The notes beneath the pieces are model-generated. The model had not been told where the DNA came from. It was given only the letters and a program-made list of their open reading frames with translations, and did not search any database. A stretch of 64,000 bases of DNA. Origin: an uncultured Alphaproteobacteria bacterium. Its GTDB lineage: Bacteria > Pseudomonadota > Alphaproteobacteria > Rhizobiales > Afifellaceae. A program made the translations under genes and the position numbers. The DNA lies in assembly GCA_963805325.1 (NCBI GenBank), contig CAWDTS010000014.1:5544-69543 (forward strand). Reading direction: 5' to 3'. Below, piece after piece: positions 10,083 through 22,641 of the stretch; within the stretch, counting starts at the first letter, position 1; each line of letters opens with the position of its first letter.

Positions 10083-11865
10083 ATGACCCCGATCCGCATC
10101 CGCACGCTACTCGCGGCGAGCATAGGCGCGCTGGTGCTGGTGGCGACCGCGACAGTGCTGACGATCGCCCTCTTCGCTAGTGCGCAGAACACCTTCGAGC
10201 TCCTGAACGACCGCACGGTGCTGGTCGTCGACGGCATCGAGAAGGAGGTCCGCTACTCGCTTGGCGGGGCCTCCGATCTCGTCGACGGATTTGTGCGCGA
10301 GGTCCAGTCGGGCAGCCTGCGCGACGCGACGCCGGAGGAATTGCAGAGGGCGCTGAGCGTGGCCCTGGCGACGGCGCCGGGCGTGCAGGCGTTGCTCTAC
10401 TGGACCAAGGCCATGGAGCGGCGGATCGCGTTCCGCCAACCCGATGGCGCGATCGGGCAGGACGACCCGGCCACGGAAACCAACGCGCGCATTCGAGCGA
10501 CGCTGGAGGTCATGCCGCGGAAATCGCATCAATGGGGGCCGCCGGTCGTCGAAGAGAACCTGGGATACGTGGACTTCGCCGCCAATGTCGGTTCGAGCAC
10601 GCCTGATGTTGCCTTCATCGTCGCGGCCGTTTCGCTCGAGCACTTCTCCAATGTCGTTGCCGAAATCGGCCGCCGCTACGGCGCGACCGCCTTCATCCTT
10701 TATGGGGACAAGTGCGGTGCTCGCGCATCCGAGCTTCGTGGGAAGCGATTTGGCGAAGGGCCGCGCCGTGGTTCCGATCGCCGACGTGCACGACCCGGTC
10801 CTCGACAATCTGGCCAAGGGGACTCCGGTGCAGTTCCTGGATCCGGCGCGTCGCCAATACGTGGAGACGTTCCGGGTCGAAGCCGGCGGGACGTATTATC
10901 TTGTCATGTACCGATGGCTTTACGGCTTCGGGCCGGAGCCGATCGCCGTCGGCGCCTACTTTCCGCGCACCGAGATCGGCGACTCGATCCGCCGCCTCGC
11001 GCTCTCGGCGGGCGCGGGAATCCTCGTCGCGCTTGTCGGCGTCGGCGCGGCGATCGTGCTCGGCGGCTACATCGCGCGGCCGGTGCGCCGGCTGGCGGCG
11101 AGCGCCTCGGCGGTCGCCCGCCTCGACCTTGACTCGGTGCCGCGGCCGCTCCGCAGCCTGGTCGCGGAGGTCGACGAGCAGGCGCGCGCTTTCGGGATGA
11201 TGCTCGATGCGTTGCGGGTGTTCGAGACCTACGTTCCGCACCGGCTCGTGCAGCGTCTGATCGCGCTCGGCGGCGAAGCGGGCATGCAGTCTGAGACACG
11301 CGAACTGACGGTGATGTTCACCGACATCGTCAAGTTCTCAGAGATCGCCGAGCGCATGAGCGCGGAGGAGACGGCGGCGTTCCTGAACCGCCACTTCGGC
11401 CTGCTCGGTGAATGCATCGAAAGCGAGGGCGGCACCATCGACAAATATATCGGCGACGCGGTGATGGCGTTCTGGGGCGCGCCGGACCGCATGGGCGACC
11501 ATGCCCTGCGCGCGGTTCGCGCCGCGCGGTGCATTGCCGAGACGATCGCCGCCGACAACGCGCGGCGGGCGAAGAAGGGATTGAGGCCGGTCAGGGTGCG
11601 GATTGGCATCCATACTGGGCCGGCTGTGGTCGGCAACATCGGGACAGCGGAGCGGGTGAACTATACGATCGTCGGCGAAACGGTGAACGACGCGCAACGT
11701 CTCGAAGCCTTGGGCCACAAACTCGATGCAGGCGCTGACGTGACCGTGTTGATCAGCGCGGTGACCGCGGATCTGGCGGGCATCGACGACAGCGAAGCGG
11801 AAGACGTGGGCGCGCATCCGCTTGCCGGAGCGACGCATGCAGCGGCAGTGCGCCGGCTGATCTGA
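10083..11865 (+). pseudogene. membrane sensor-HAMP-class III adenylate cyclase, one frame change as assembled
   Basis: ORF 10083.. gives a TM helix and periplasmic domain up to ...GATAFILYG. The frame-1 ORF continues SAVLAHPSFVG..., then a second TM, a HAMP (ARPVRRLAASASAVARLDLD) and a CYC domain (LTVMFTDIVKFSE...KYIGDAVMAFWGAP...RIGIHTGPAVVGNIG...YTIVGETVNDAQRLE). The junction is at the GGGG run 10704-10707. Confidence 0.75.
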
Positions 11866-11887
11866 AGGTCCGGAGCCCGTTTTGCGG

Positions 11888-13018
11888 CTACTGCGGCAGC
11901 AGCGGGCCGGTTGGGCGAGGGGAGCCGCCGCGACCGCTGTCGGCGCCCGCGCGCTTGACCATCATCAGCTCGCCAACGTTTTCGGAGGTGATATAGCCGA
12001 CGAGCTTGCCGCTTCGATCGACGACGCCGACGGCCGGCGTATTATGCCCCTGCAGGAGCTTTAAGGCCGCCTCGAGGCTTGAGCCCAACGCGACCGTTGG
12101 TACCTCACCTGTCATCGCCTCGATCACCGGGGTTGCGGCCCCAGACTTCGACAGCGCTGCGATCATCGCGTTGCGAGTGAGAATGCCCCGGAGCTTGCCG
12201 CTGCCGTCCACCACCGGAAATTCATGCTGCGTGGTCCTGAGCAGAAGCTCGGCCGCGTCGCCGATCGTCGCCTGCGGCCCGAGGGACTCGAAGCGGGTGA
12301 TCATGGCGTCGCCGACGCCGACATGCCGCGAGACATCCTGCAGTCCCACCATCTGCGCCTCCGCGGTCGCCGCGAGGTAGACGAAGATCGCGATGAAGAT
12401 CAGCAGCGGGTTGCCCCCGACAAGCCCGAGAAAGCCAAAGCCGAAGGCGAGCGCCTGGCCGACTCGCGCCGCGATGTTGGTGGCCCGGGCGCGCGGATAC
12501 CAGATCGCGAGCACCGCGCGGAATACGCGGCCGCCGTCCATCGGGAAGGCCGGAATCAAGTTGAATACGACGAGGAAGATGTTCACCGAGGCCAGTCGAG
12601 TAAGGAAGCTCAGGCTCGTATTGTCGATCCCCTGCAGCGCCTCGAGGTTGAATCCTGAATTCAGCACCAGAATCAGCACGGCCGCGATGACCACGTTCAC
12701 CGCCGGCCCGGCGAGCGCCACGATGATCTCCTGGCGCGGGTTCTCCGGCATGCGCTCGAGTCGTGCGAGCCCACCGATAGGAAGAAGCGTGATGTCCGGC
12801 GTGCGAATGCCATAGCGGCGTGCCGCGAGTGCATGTCCGAACTCGTGCGCGATGACGCAGGCGAAAAGCGCAAGGATGAAGGCGATGCCCTCAACGGCGG
12901 CTTGCGTGCCGCCTTGCTGGTAGTAAGCGACTCCAATCCAGGCCAGGAGCAGGAAGAAGGTGACGTGGACGCGAACTTCCGAGCCGAAAAGTCGGCCGAT
13001 CGGGAAGGACCAGGACAT
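11888..13018 (-). CDS. site-2 protease family (M50) metalloprotease with tandem CBS domains
   Basis: It has the HEFGHALAARRYG (HExxH) motif, LIPAFPMDGGRV, and a C-terminal CBS pair (..HEFPVVDGSGKLRGILT.. and ..PAVGVVDRSGKLVGYIT..). Confidence 0.85.
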   Translation of the reverse strand: MSWSFPIGRLFGSEVRVHVTFFLLLAWIGVAYYQQGGTQAAVEGIAFILALFACVIAHEFGHALAARRYGIRTPDITLLPIGGLARLERMPENPRQEIIVALAGPAVNVVIAAVLILVLNSGFNLEALQGIDNTSLSFLTRLASVNIFLVVFNLIPAFPMDGGRVFRAVLAIWYPRARATNIAARVGQALAFGFGFLGLVGGNPLLIFIAIFVYLAATAEAQMVGLQDVSRHVGVGDAMITRFESLGPQATIGDAAELLLRTTQHEFPVVDGSGKLRGILTRNAMIAALSKSGAATPVIEAMTGEVPTVALGSSLEAALKLLQGHNTPAVGVVDRSGKLVGYITSENVGELMMVKRAGADSGRGGSPRPTGPLLPQ

Positions 13019-13124
13019 TCAATGCGCCTCCGCGGGTCTGCACCTTAAGGTATGGCGTCGGGGCCGACATTCAATGATGCCTCGCACGGAAAGGGCGCTT
13101 GACGCCGCGCTGCGCATGAATAAT

Positions 13125-13143
13125 TAGTAAGTCCTCCTTACTA
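13125..13143. promoter_or_regulatory. inverted repeat TAGTAAG-N5-CTTACTA, candidate MarR operator
   Basis: A perfect 7-5-7 palindrome 13 bp upstream of the marR-family start. It lies in the only AT-rich patch of this intergenic region. A TTGACG hexamer lies at 13099-13104. Confidence 0.45.
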
Positions 13144-13155
13144 TAAGGCTGAATT

Positions 13156-13611
13156 ATGAAGAGGTCCGGCCCCGACACGATCGGTTTCCTCCTCGGAGAC
13201 GCATCGCGCTCCTTCCGGCGGCGCTTTGAAGCGGAGGTCGCCGCCGCCGGGCTTGAAGTCACCGTGGGCGAGTCGCGGACGCTCTTCCATGCGGCGCGGC
13301 AGGAAGGCATCCGGCAGGCGGCGCTGGCCGAGCGCATGGGCATCGAGCCGATGACGCTCGTGAATTTCCTCGACAGGCTGGAGGCGCGCGGCTGGATCGC
13401 GCGCGAGCCCGATCCGAGCGACCGTCGCGCCAAGATCGTCCGCGTGACGCCACCGGCGCAGCCACTCCTGGAGCGGCTTGAGGGCATCGCGCGGCATGTT
13501 CGCAGGCAGGCCGTGGAGGGCCTCTCCCAGCGCGAGATGGACATCGTCGCGCGCGCGCTTGAGCGGATGCGCGACAACCTCTCCGCGTCGGTGGAGGAAG
13601 CCGCCGCGTGA
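13156..13611 (+). CDS. MarR family transcriptional regulator
   Basis: The winged-helix core reads ..RQAALAERMGIEPMTLVNFLDRLEARGWIAREPDPSDRRAKIVRVT... 151 aa. Its stop overlaps the start of the downstream MFS gene. Confidence 0.85.
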   Translation: MKRSGPDTIGFLLGDASRSFRRRFEAEVAAAGLEVTVGESRTLFHAARQEGIRQAALAERMGIEPMTLVNFLDRLEARGWIAREPDPSDRRAKIVRVTPPAQPLLERLEGIARHVRRQAVEGLSQREMDIVARALERMRDNLSASVEEAAA

Positions 13612-14855
13612 GCAAGCCGTTGATGAGCGAGGGGCGGCTCGCGGTGATTGGCGGGCTGCTTGTTGCGCTCGGTCCGATCTCGCTATCCCTCTACACCCCG
13701 GCGATGCCGCAGCTGGTGCACGTCTTCTCCACCGACGTCGCGACGATCAAGCTGACGCTCACCACCTATTTCGCGGGCTTCGCGCTGTCGCAGCTCGTCT
13801 GCGGCCCGCTTTCCGATGGCTTCGGCCGACGCCGGACGGCGCTCGGCTTCACCTTCATCTATCTCGTCGCTAGCGTCGTGGCGGCGAGCGCCCCTTCGGT
13901 CGAATGGCTGCTCGGCGCCCGCTTGGTGCAGGGTATAGGGGCAGCGGCGGGGGTTTCGGTCGCGCGCGCCATGGTGCGGGACCTGCACACCGGCGAAGCG
14001 TCGGTCCGCATCCTGAACATGATCGGCGTGTTGCTGGCGATCGGGCCGGCGGCGTCGCCGACCTTGGGCGGCATCGCTCTCGATCTCTTCGGCTGGCGGT
14101 CGATCTTCTTCTTCATGGTTGGCTACGGTGCGATTCTGACCATCGTTCTCCTGACGCTCACGCCGGAAACGCTGGCGCACCCGGATCCTTCGCGGCTGCG
14201 CCCGGCGCGCCTCGTCCGCAACTACGGGCGGCTTCTCGTCAGCCCGGCATTCCTCGGCCCGAGCCTCGTCTTCGGCTGTACCGCGGGCGGGCTCTACACG
14301 ATGGCGACGCTGCTTCCCTTCGTCATGATCGACGAGGTGGGGCTGACGCCGACGTTTTTCGGCTTCTCGATGATCATGCAGTCGGGCTCGTATCTCATCG
14401 GCGCCATCGTGATGCGGCGTCTTCTTCGTCGCTTCGAGGCGCATCGGATGGTGCCCTTCGGCATCCTGATGATGGTCATCGCCGGCGTGTTGCTGGCCAC
14501 TGGCTTGCGCCTTGCACCGCCGAGTTTCCTGAACGTGATGGGGCCGGTCGCGCTCTTCGCCTTCGGCATCGCCTTCATATCGCCCTCGATGCAGACGGCG
14601 GCGCTCGCGTATTTTCCCGACATCGCGGGATCGGCGGCGGCGATGATGGGCTTCTTCCAGATGGGCGGCGGGTTCCTCGGTTCCGCGGTGTCCGCGGCGA
14701 TCGGGCGGCCGGTCTTTTCTCTCGCGACGATCATCCCGACGATGATCGCCATCGCCGTCGTCGCACACTACGGCCTGCGCGCGCTGGCAGGCCCGCAGCG
14801 CATGCTCGACAGCGTAGCCGACCGGATCATCAAGCCAGAGGCGCCGGCGGAATAG
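13608..14855 (+). CDS. MFS transporter, Bcr/CflA drug-resistance subfamily
   Basis: Motifs seen: LSLYTPAMPQL, GPLSDGFGRRR (MFS motif A), LVQGIGAAAG. About 12 hydrophobic segments. Confidence 0.85.
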   Translation: MSKPLMSEGRLAVIGGLLVALGPISLSLYTPAMPQLVHVFSTDVATIKLTLTTYFAGFALSQLVCGPLSDGFGRRRTALGFTFIYLVASVVAASAPSVEWLLGARLVQGIGAAAGVSVARAMVRDLHTGEASVRILNMIGVLLAIGPAASPTLGGIALDLFGWRSIFFFMVGYGAILTIVLLTLTPETLAHPDPSRLRPARLVRNYGRLLVSPAFLGPSLVFGCTAGGLYTMATLLPFVMIDEVGLTPTFFGFSMIMQSGSYLIGAIVMRRLLRRFEAHRMVPFGILMMVIAGVLLATGLRLAPPSFLNVMGPVALFAFGIAFISPSMQTAALAYFPDIAGSAAAMMGFFQMGGGFLGSAVSAAIGRPVFSLATIIPTMIAIAVVAHYGLRALAGPQRMLDSVADRIIKPEAPAE

Positions 14856-14865
14856 AGACCTCGCG

Positions 14866-15520
14866 TCAGCCCTTCGCGCCGGCGCTTCGACCGGCGTGGA
14901 GATCGAGGAAGGCCGCGTATTCCGCTGCATGCGAGCCGTCGTGGTTCGCCATGCCGGGCTTCGTAAGCCAGCCGAGCCGCGGCGGGATGTAGCTGCGGAT
15001 CGCGCGGCGCGGGCGCTCGCGCCAGCCGAGATTGAACGCCGCGTATTTCGGAAAGAACTCCATCTCCGAATAGGGGAGGTGGTCGTGCACCCACCACGCC
15101 ATCGCCTCCCAGTGGCCGGTCTCGTCGTAGTAGGGAATCAGCGCATGCACGATGATCGTCGCCATCGCGCCGATCTCGCCGTTTGCGTCGCGCCGATCCC
15201 AGATGTGGCTGGCGAAGCTCTTCTCGTTCTGTGCGCAGTTGAAGCCGCGCTCGTTGCCGAAGCGGTTCACCTCCGGCGTGCGGTAGGCGGAGCGGATCGA
15301 GATGCGCCCGAATTTTTCGCGCAGCGGCTCAAGCAGGTTCGGCGCAGAGCGCCGTGCCGGCTTCGATCGCGAGGTCGGGATCGTCCGGGACGTTCGGAAG
15401 GCCGTAGAGATTGGCGATCTCCGAATAGAGGAAATCGCGCATGAAGAAATTCTCCGAGAGCCGCACACGGCCAAGCTCTTCGAGCGCCTTTACGCTGCCG
15501 GGCTTCTTGCGCTTCGTCAT
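14866..15520 (-). pseudogene. conserved hypothetical protein (possibly peptidase M15-like), one frame change
   Basis: The N-terminus MTKRKKPGSVKALEELGRVRLSENFFMRDFLYSEIANLYGLPNVPDDPDLAIEAG.. lies in the frame of ORF 15329..16240. The rest, NLLEPLREKFGRISIRSAYRTPEVN...HIWD..., lies in ORF 14866..15474. The junction is near 15337-15346. The family call is weak. Confidence 0.4.
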
Positions 15521-16757
15521 GGCCGCATCAGCCCCGTAAACCAGAGCCAGGCCAGCGTGGCGGCAAAGCTTGCAAGCGTCATCGGTACACCGCTTCGCGC
15601 GAAATCGCGGAAGCTCAGCCGCACGCCCGCCGCTTCGGCGCGCTCCGCCACGATGATGTTGCAGAGCGAGCCGGTCAGAAGCAGGTTGCCGGCGAAGGTG
15701 GAGAGAAGCGCCAGGCCCGCGAGCGCGCCGTTCGAGAGGTCGGGCAGCAGCCTCAGGATCAGGATCACCGCCGGAACATTGCCGATGGTGTTGGAGGCGC
15801 GCGAGCGCGAGCGGGCCCATGACCGCGAGCCGGTCCGGGAAGGAGGCCGCTGGTCCGCCAGAAATGCGAGCCCGTCGCGCGCGAGGCCGGTCTTGGCGAA
15901 GGCCGCCGTCACGCCGAAGAGGCAGACGAAGAGCAGGAGCAGATGCCAGTCGACCGCGCCGATCATGGCGCGCGACGAGATGCGCCGCGAAAGAAGCAGC
16001 GCGCCGGCGACGGCAAGCGCGGAAAGCTCGCGCGGCAGCGGGCTCAGGAAGAGAACGACGAGCGCCACGACCGCGACGATCGCCTTGCGCCAGCTGGAAC
16101 CGGTCGAGGCGCGTCGCGGCGGCCGGCTCGGCCGGCGCTGACGCCGGTCGCGCCGGAGAAGCTCCCGCGCCACGTGAAGACGACGGCGAAATAGACCGCG
16201 GCGAGCGAAAGGATCGTCGGCGGCAGCGCGAAGCCGACATAGGGCCAGAAGGCGATATGCGCCGCCTGGCCGATCAGGATGTTCTGCGGGTTGCCGATCA
16301 GCGTCGCGGCGGAGCCGGCATTCGCCGCGCCGGCGAGCGCGATCAGATAGGGCCGCGCCTCGAGCCGCTGCGCCAGCAGCCCGGCGGCGACGAGCGGCGT
16401 CAGCGCGACGGCGATCACGTCGTTGGTGAGGAGCGCCGAGAGCAATCCGGTGACGGCGACGAGCACCGCGAGCACGGCCTTCGGATTTTTCGCCGCGTGC
16501 GTCGCCCGCTCGGCGACCCAGCCGTAGAAGCCGCAGCTCTCGAACTGCGCCGAGAGGATCATCAGCGCGAAGAGGAGCGCGATCGTCGGCATGTCGATCG
16601 CGCGCCCGGCCTCGTCGAGCGGCAGGTCGCCGCTCGCCAGGAGCACGATCAGCCCGAGCAGCGCGACGCCCGTGCGGTCGAGCGCCAGGCCCGGCACGCG
16701 CCCGAGCGCCATGCCGAGATAGACGAGGATGAAAACGAGGACGGAGAGCGTGGTCAC
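15517..16757 (-). pseudogene. ArsB/NhaD-superfamily (SLC13-like) anion permease, at least three frame changes
   Basis: Hydrophobic permease sequence is spread over three minus-strand frames. One runs from GTG 16757 (VTTLSVLVFILVYLGMALG...NPQNILIGQ...). A middle segment reads IVAVVALVVLFLSPLPRELSALAVAGALLL...FVCLFGV. A short segment DRLAVMGPLALA lies in a third frame. The last runs SNTIGNVPAVILIL...SLCNIIVAE to the stop at 15517. Frame switches are near 16170, 15850 and 15790. Confidence 0.6.
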
Positions 16758-16800
16758 ATGAAGTCTCGGGCGGCGACGGATTGCCCGCGTCGCCGGAACG

Positions 16801-18633
<1,833 letters not shown>

Positions 18634-18862
18634 GACTGGCCGATTCGCGCTTCATATGCCAGAGCCGGAGGGACAACGCGATTCCGCGGCGGTCGCCGTA
18701 TGCACGCGTGCGCGGCCGGGCAGAGGCGCGGGGAGCCCTCCTCCTGGGGACCGGGTCGCGTTTCTCGATTTGCAAGTGGGTCGCTTCGCTAGGCTCATGG
18801 CGGGACTTGGTTCATGGTGGTGACGATCGAGCGCCACTCGCATCCCGTGGAAGCAACGGCGA

Positions 18863-19888
18863 ATGAACACCTCCGGCAACTTCTATCGGGCTCTAGCGGT
18901 GCTCTGTTTCGGATTGCCGCAACAGGCGTCGGCGGGCGTGGGGGACTGGCCGCAGCTCAAGCACACGAGCGGTCTCGCCGTTTGCGGCGAGGCGCTGAAA
19001 ATCGCCGTCTCGGCCTTTCAGTCGGCTCGCGTCCATCTCGACGATCGGCCGGCGATTCCGGCGGACGTCGGCAGCACGCTCGTGTTTCCGGTCGAGCGGC
19101 AGGCCGGCAGCGATTTTATCGGCGATCCGGACGTGTTCGAGGCCATACCGCGGGGCGACAAAGCCCACGACACGATCTATTGGCAAAAAGAGCCCGCCAA
19201 CGGATTTCGCCTTGCCATCTCGGAGGAAGAGATCGGCTGGCGCGGCGATACATACGCCTTGGTCGCGGTCCCCGAGGGGCTGTCCCCCGCGACCTTCATC
19301 GCACAAGACGCCGACATGCAGAGGCACGGTCTGAAGCCGATCTTGGAAGGAGTTTGGCGACCGCCGTTCTTGTTGCGCCAGAACGACACTGGCGAGGTAT
19401 GGGCCATCGACGTCTATCCCTGGACGTCGTTCATGGGCGACTGGACTGTTTACACAGTCGGAGCCGACGGTGCGAAGCCGCGCTGCACCGTCAGCTTTCA
19501 CGAAGATGCCGACACGCCACTCGCCTTGCTGCCCCCCGCGGTCAGACGGCTTGCCACGTCTCTCGACGGGACCGTCGGAAGCGGCAACGACGAGGGGACG
19601 TTGCACCCGACGGCACAGATACGCATCGTGGTGGAGGATGTGTGGGGAAATATCGCAATGCGGCCATGGGCGGCTTTGAAGATGGAGCCCTACAACGACA
19701 GAAGGCAGGTCGATGCCGAGTTGAAGGCTTGGTCGAAGAAGGCGCGGAGCTTCGCGGCGCTCTACCGGCGCATCAATGCTGAATATCCGCGGGCGGAGCG
19801 GGCGCTGGCCCTTTACTACGGAGCCGAGTTCGGCAGAACCGCCGAAGAGGCGCTGGCCATGGCAGAACCGACGCTGGACATTGCCTAG
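18863..19888 (+). CDS. secreted hypothetical protein (341 aa), no recognisable family
   Basis: It has a signal peptide ([17 protein letters not shown]), a balanced non-shadow composition rich in Trp and Asp, and an intact ORF. It sits between recQ and argG. Confidence 0.55.
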   Translation: MNTSGNFYRALAVLCFGLPQQASAGVGDWPQLKHTSGLAVCGEALKIAVSAFQSARVHLDDRPAIPADVGSTLVFPVERQAGSDFIGDPDVFEAIPRGDKAHDTIYWQKEPANGFRLAISEEEIGWRGDTYALVAVPEGLSPATFIAQDADMQRHGLKPILEGVWRPPFLLRQNDTGEVWAIDVYPWTSFMGDWTVYTVGADGAKPRCTVSFHEDADTPLALLPPAVRRLATSLDGTVGSGNDEGTLHPTAQIRIVVEDVWGNIAMRPWAALKMEPYNDRRQVDAELKAWSKKARSFAALYRRINAEYPRAERALALYYGAEFGRTAEEALAMAEPTLDIA

Positions 19889-19953
19889 CCGCTCGTATTT
19901 CACTTTCCACAAAGAACCGTAGCGCGAGCCTGTCGCCCGGCGCGCCAAGCTAG

Positions 19954-21182
19954 TTACCTGCGCTTCGTCTTGTCCCGCATCGCGAGCGTCCTGAGCCGGA
20001 GCGCATTCAGGCGGATGAAGCCCGCCGCGTCCTTCTGGTCGTAGGCGCCGCGGTCGTCCTCGAAGGTGACGAGCGCGTCGGAATAGAGCGAATTCTCGGC
20101 AGGCGCGGCCGATGACGATGACGTTGCCCTTGTAGAGCTTCAGCCGCACCGTGCCGTCGACCTTCTCCTGGCTCCTGTCGGCCATCGCCTGGATCATCTC
20201 GCGCTCCGGCGCGAACCAGAAGCCGTTATAGACGAGCTCCGCGTAGCGCGGCATCAGCTCGTCCTTCAGGTGCGCGGCGCCGCGGTCGAGCGTGATCGAT
20301 TCGATCGCCCGGTGCGCGACGGAGAGGATCGTGCCGCCGGGCGTCTCGTAGATGCCGCGGCTCTTCATGCCGACGAAGCGGTTTTCGACCAGATCGACGC
20401 GGCCGATGCCGTTCGTCGCCGCCGAGCTCGTTGAGCTTCGTCAGAAGCGTCGCGGGCGAAAGCGCCTTGCCGTCGATCGAGACGGCATCGCCCTTCTTGA
20501 AGCCGATCTCGATCGTGGTCGCCTTGTCGGGCGCTTCCTCCGGCGAGACCGTGCGCATGAAGACGTAAGGCGGCGGCTCCTTCGCCGGGTCCTCCAGCAC
20601 TTTCCCCTCGGAGGAGGAGTGCAGAAGGTTCGCGTCGACGGAGAAGGGCGCCTCGCCGCGCTTGTCCTTGGTGACGAGGATCTGGTTCTTCTCGGCGAAG
20701 TCGATCAGGTCGGTGCGCGACTTGAACTCCCATTCGCGCCATGGCGCGATGACCTTGATGTTGGGATCGAGCGCATAGGCGGTCAGCTCGAATCGCACCT
20801 GGTCGTTGCCCTTGCCGGTCGCGCCGTGGGCGATCGCGTCGGCGCCCGACGCGTGCGCGATCTCGACCAGCCGCTTGGCGATCAGCGGCCGCGCGATCGA
20901 GGTGCCGAGCAGGTAGACGCCCTCGTAGAGCGCGTTCATGCGGAACATCGGGAAGACGAAGTCGCGCACGAATTCCTCGCGCAGATCCTCGATGTGGATC
21001 TCCTTGATGCCGAGCATCTCGGCCTTCTTGCGCGCCGGCTCCAGCTCCTCGCCCTGGCCGAGATCGGCGGTGAAGGTCACCACCTCCGCGCCGTAGGTCG
21101 TCTGCAGCCACTTCAGAATGATGGAGGTGTCGAGCCCGCCCGAATAAGCGAGCACGACCTTCTTGATGTTACGCGCAGTCAT
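19954..21182 (-). pseudogene. argG: argininosuccinate synthase, two frame changes as assembled
   Basis: The N-terminus reads [14 protein letters not shown]..., [14 protein letters not shown]. The middle continues in another frame ([28 protein letters not shown]...) after a shift near 20408-20416. The tail [48 protein letters not shown] lies in the third frame after a shift near 20100-20108. Stop is TAA at 19954-19956. Confidence 0.9.
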
Positions 21183-21357
21183 GATGGGTCCGTCCGGGGC
21201 AAAGCGGCGGCACTATAGGGACGGCGAAGAGGGGCGCAAGACGAGGGATGGCACGCTCCGCCCTGCCTTTCCCAAATTTGTTGGAATTCACCGCTGAATA
21301 AGTGAACCCGATCGGGTAGGCTCGGCCAAGTCGGTTCCACTATTCGACGAGACGTGG

Positions 21358-22629
21358 ATGTCCGCAAGCCGCAGAATCCTCATTGCTTTCGTCCTCGTCC
21401 AGCTGGCATGCGGCGCCCTGGTTGTCGGCTGGTACTTCTACATTCTTCGGTCCGAGCTCGTTGGCCTGACGCGGCAGAGCGTGCAGGATTTGGTTGTGGG
21501 CTCGATCGAGTTGATCGAGGACTATTTCCGCCCGACCGAGGCCCTTGCAGACGCGGCACACTATCTGCTTGCAGAAGGGGTCATTGGCGCCGATCAGCCG
21601 GCCGAGCTTGAGCGCTATTTTGTGGCGCAGTTGCACGCTCGCCCCGAGATCGCAGGGCTCTATGTCGGTTATCCCGACGGCGCGTTCTTCTATGTCATGA
21701 GAAGCGACGAGGAGAGCGCGGGCGGCACACGCACCAAGATCGTCCGACAGCGGCCCGAGGGACGCCAGGTGGAGCTTACGTGGCGCGACCAGGACTTCGC
21801 GGTCGTGAGGAACGCGCTCGACACGCAAGATCAGTACGACCCGCGCACGCGGGACTGGTACAAGGCCGCCCTTAAGACCGATGGCCAGACGTGGACCGAG
21901 CCCTACGTTTTCTTCACCTCCAAGAAGCCTGGCATCACACTTGCTTCGGCGATCAGGGGCTCCGGCGGCGCGGTCTCCGGCGTTCTCGGCATCGACATCG
22001 AGATCAGCGAGATCTCAAAGCTTCTGACGCGCAGCAGCCTCAGTGTGCGCGGCTCGGCCTATATCGTCACCGGTGACGGCAAGGTGATCGCCAACCCCAC
22101 TGCCGACCCGGTCATGTCGGGCGGCGGCGGGGATGCGCCGCGCTTTCGTACGATCTCCGAATTCGACGGGGCCGAAGGCGCGCTCGATTTGAAAACTCTT
22201 GAACCGTTCATCCAGCGATCCGACTCGTCGCAGTTGACGATTTCGGACGCCAATATCGGAGGCCAGGATTCCTTCGTCGCCGTGGGGCAGATGTCGAATG
22301 TAAACTGGCCTTGGCAAGTGGTTGTCGTCGCGCCGAGATCGGTCGGGAAAGGAGCGGCGAGCCGTGCCGGCATCACGCTTTACAGCGTGTTGTTCTTCTG
22401 CGCGCTTTTGGCCTGCGTTGTCGGATATGCGGTCGCGCGAAGCATAGGGCGGCCGATGGAGCTTCTGCGCTCCAATGCAAAGCATGCGCGCTACGGCAAT
22501 TTCGAAATCATGGAGCCGGTGGAAACGTCCGCGGAGGAAATCACCGAGACGGACGAAGCCCTGCGCCACCTAGCCAAGCTGTCGAGGACACAAGGGTCGC
22601 AGACCGGGCCGGAGCGCACTGACGACTAG
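21358..22629 (+). CDS. membrane Cache-domain sensor with a HAMP-like tail and no output domain
   Basis: It has a first TM helix (ILIAFVLVQLACGALVVGWYFYIL) and a periplasmic region with Cache hallmarks (YDPRTRDWYKAA, GVLGIDIEISEIS, YIVTGDGKVIANP). A second TM helix and the sequence ARSIGRPMELLRSNAKHARYGNFE follow. The ORF then ends, about 60 aa after the second TM helix. Confidence 0.7.
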   Translation: MSASRRILIAFVLVQLACGALVVGWYFYILRSELVGLTRQSVQDLVVGSIELIEDYFRPTEALADAAHYLLAEGVIGADQPAELERYFVAQLHARPEIAGLYVGYPDGAFFYVMRSDEESAGGTRTKIVRQRPEGRQVELTWRDQDFAVVRNALDTQDQYDPRTRDWYKAALKTDGQTWTEPYVFFTSKKPGITLASAIRGSGGAVSGVLGIDIEISEISKLLTRSSLSVRGSAYIVTGDGKVIANPTADPVMSGGGGDAPRFRTISEFDGAEGALDLKTLEPFIQRSDSSQLTISDANIGGQDSFVAVGQMSNVNWPWQVVVVAPRSVGKGAASRAGITLYSVLFFCALLACVVGYAVARSIGRPMELLRSNAKHARYGNFEIMEPVETSAEEITETDEALRHLAKLSRTQGSQTGPERTDD

Positions 22630-22641
22630 ACCTGCGGCGAC

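Noticed and set aside
13683-14992. 415-aa minus-strand and 362-aa plus-strand ORFs overlapping the MFS gene at 13608..14855. Comparable ORFs occur at 52068..53345 and 52159..53121 over the second MFS gene.
   Set aside because: They have shadow-frame composition, while the MFS frames carry the canonical motifs.
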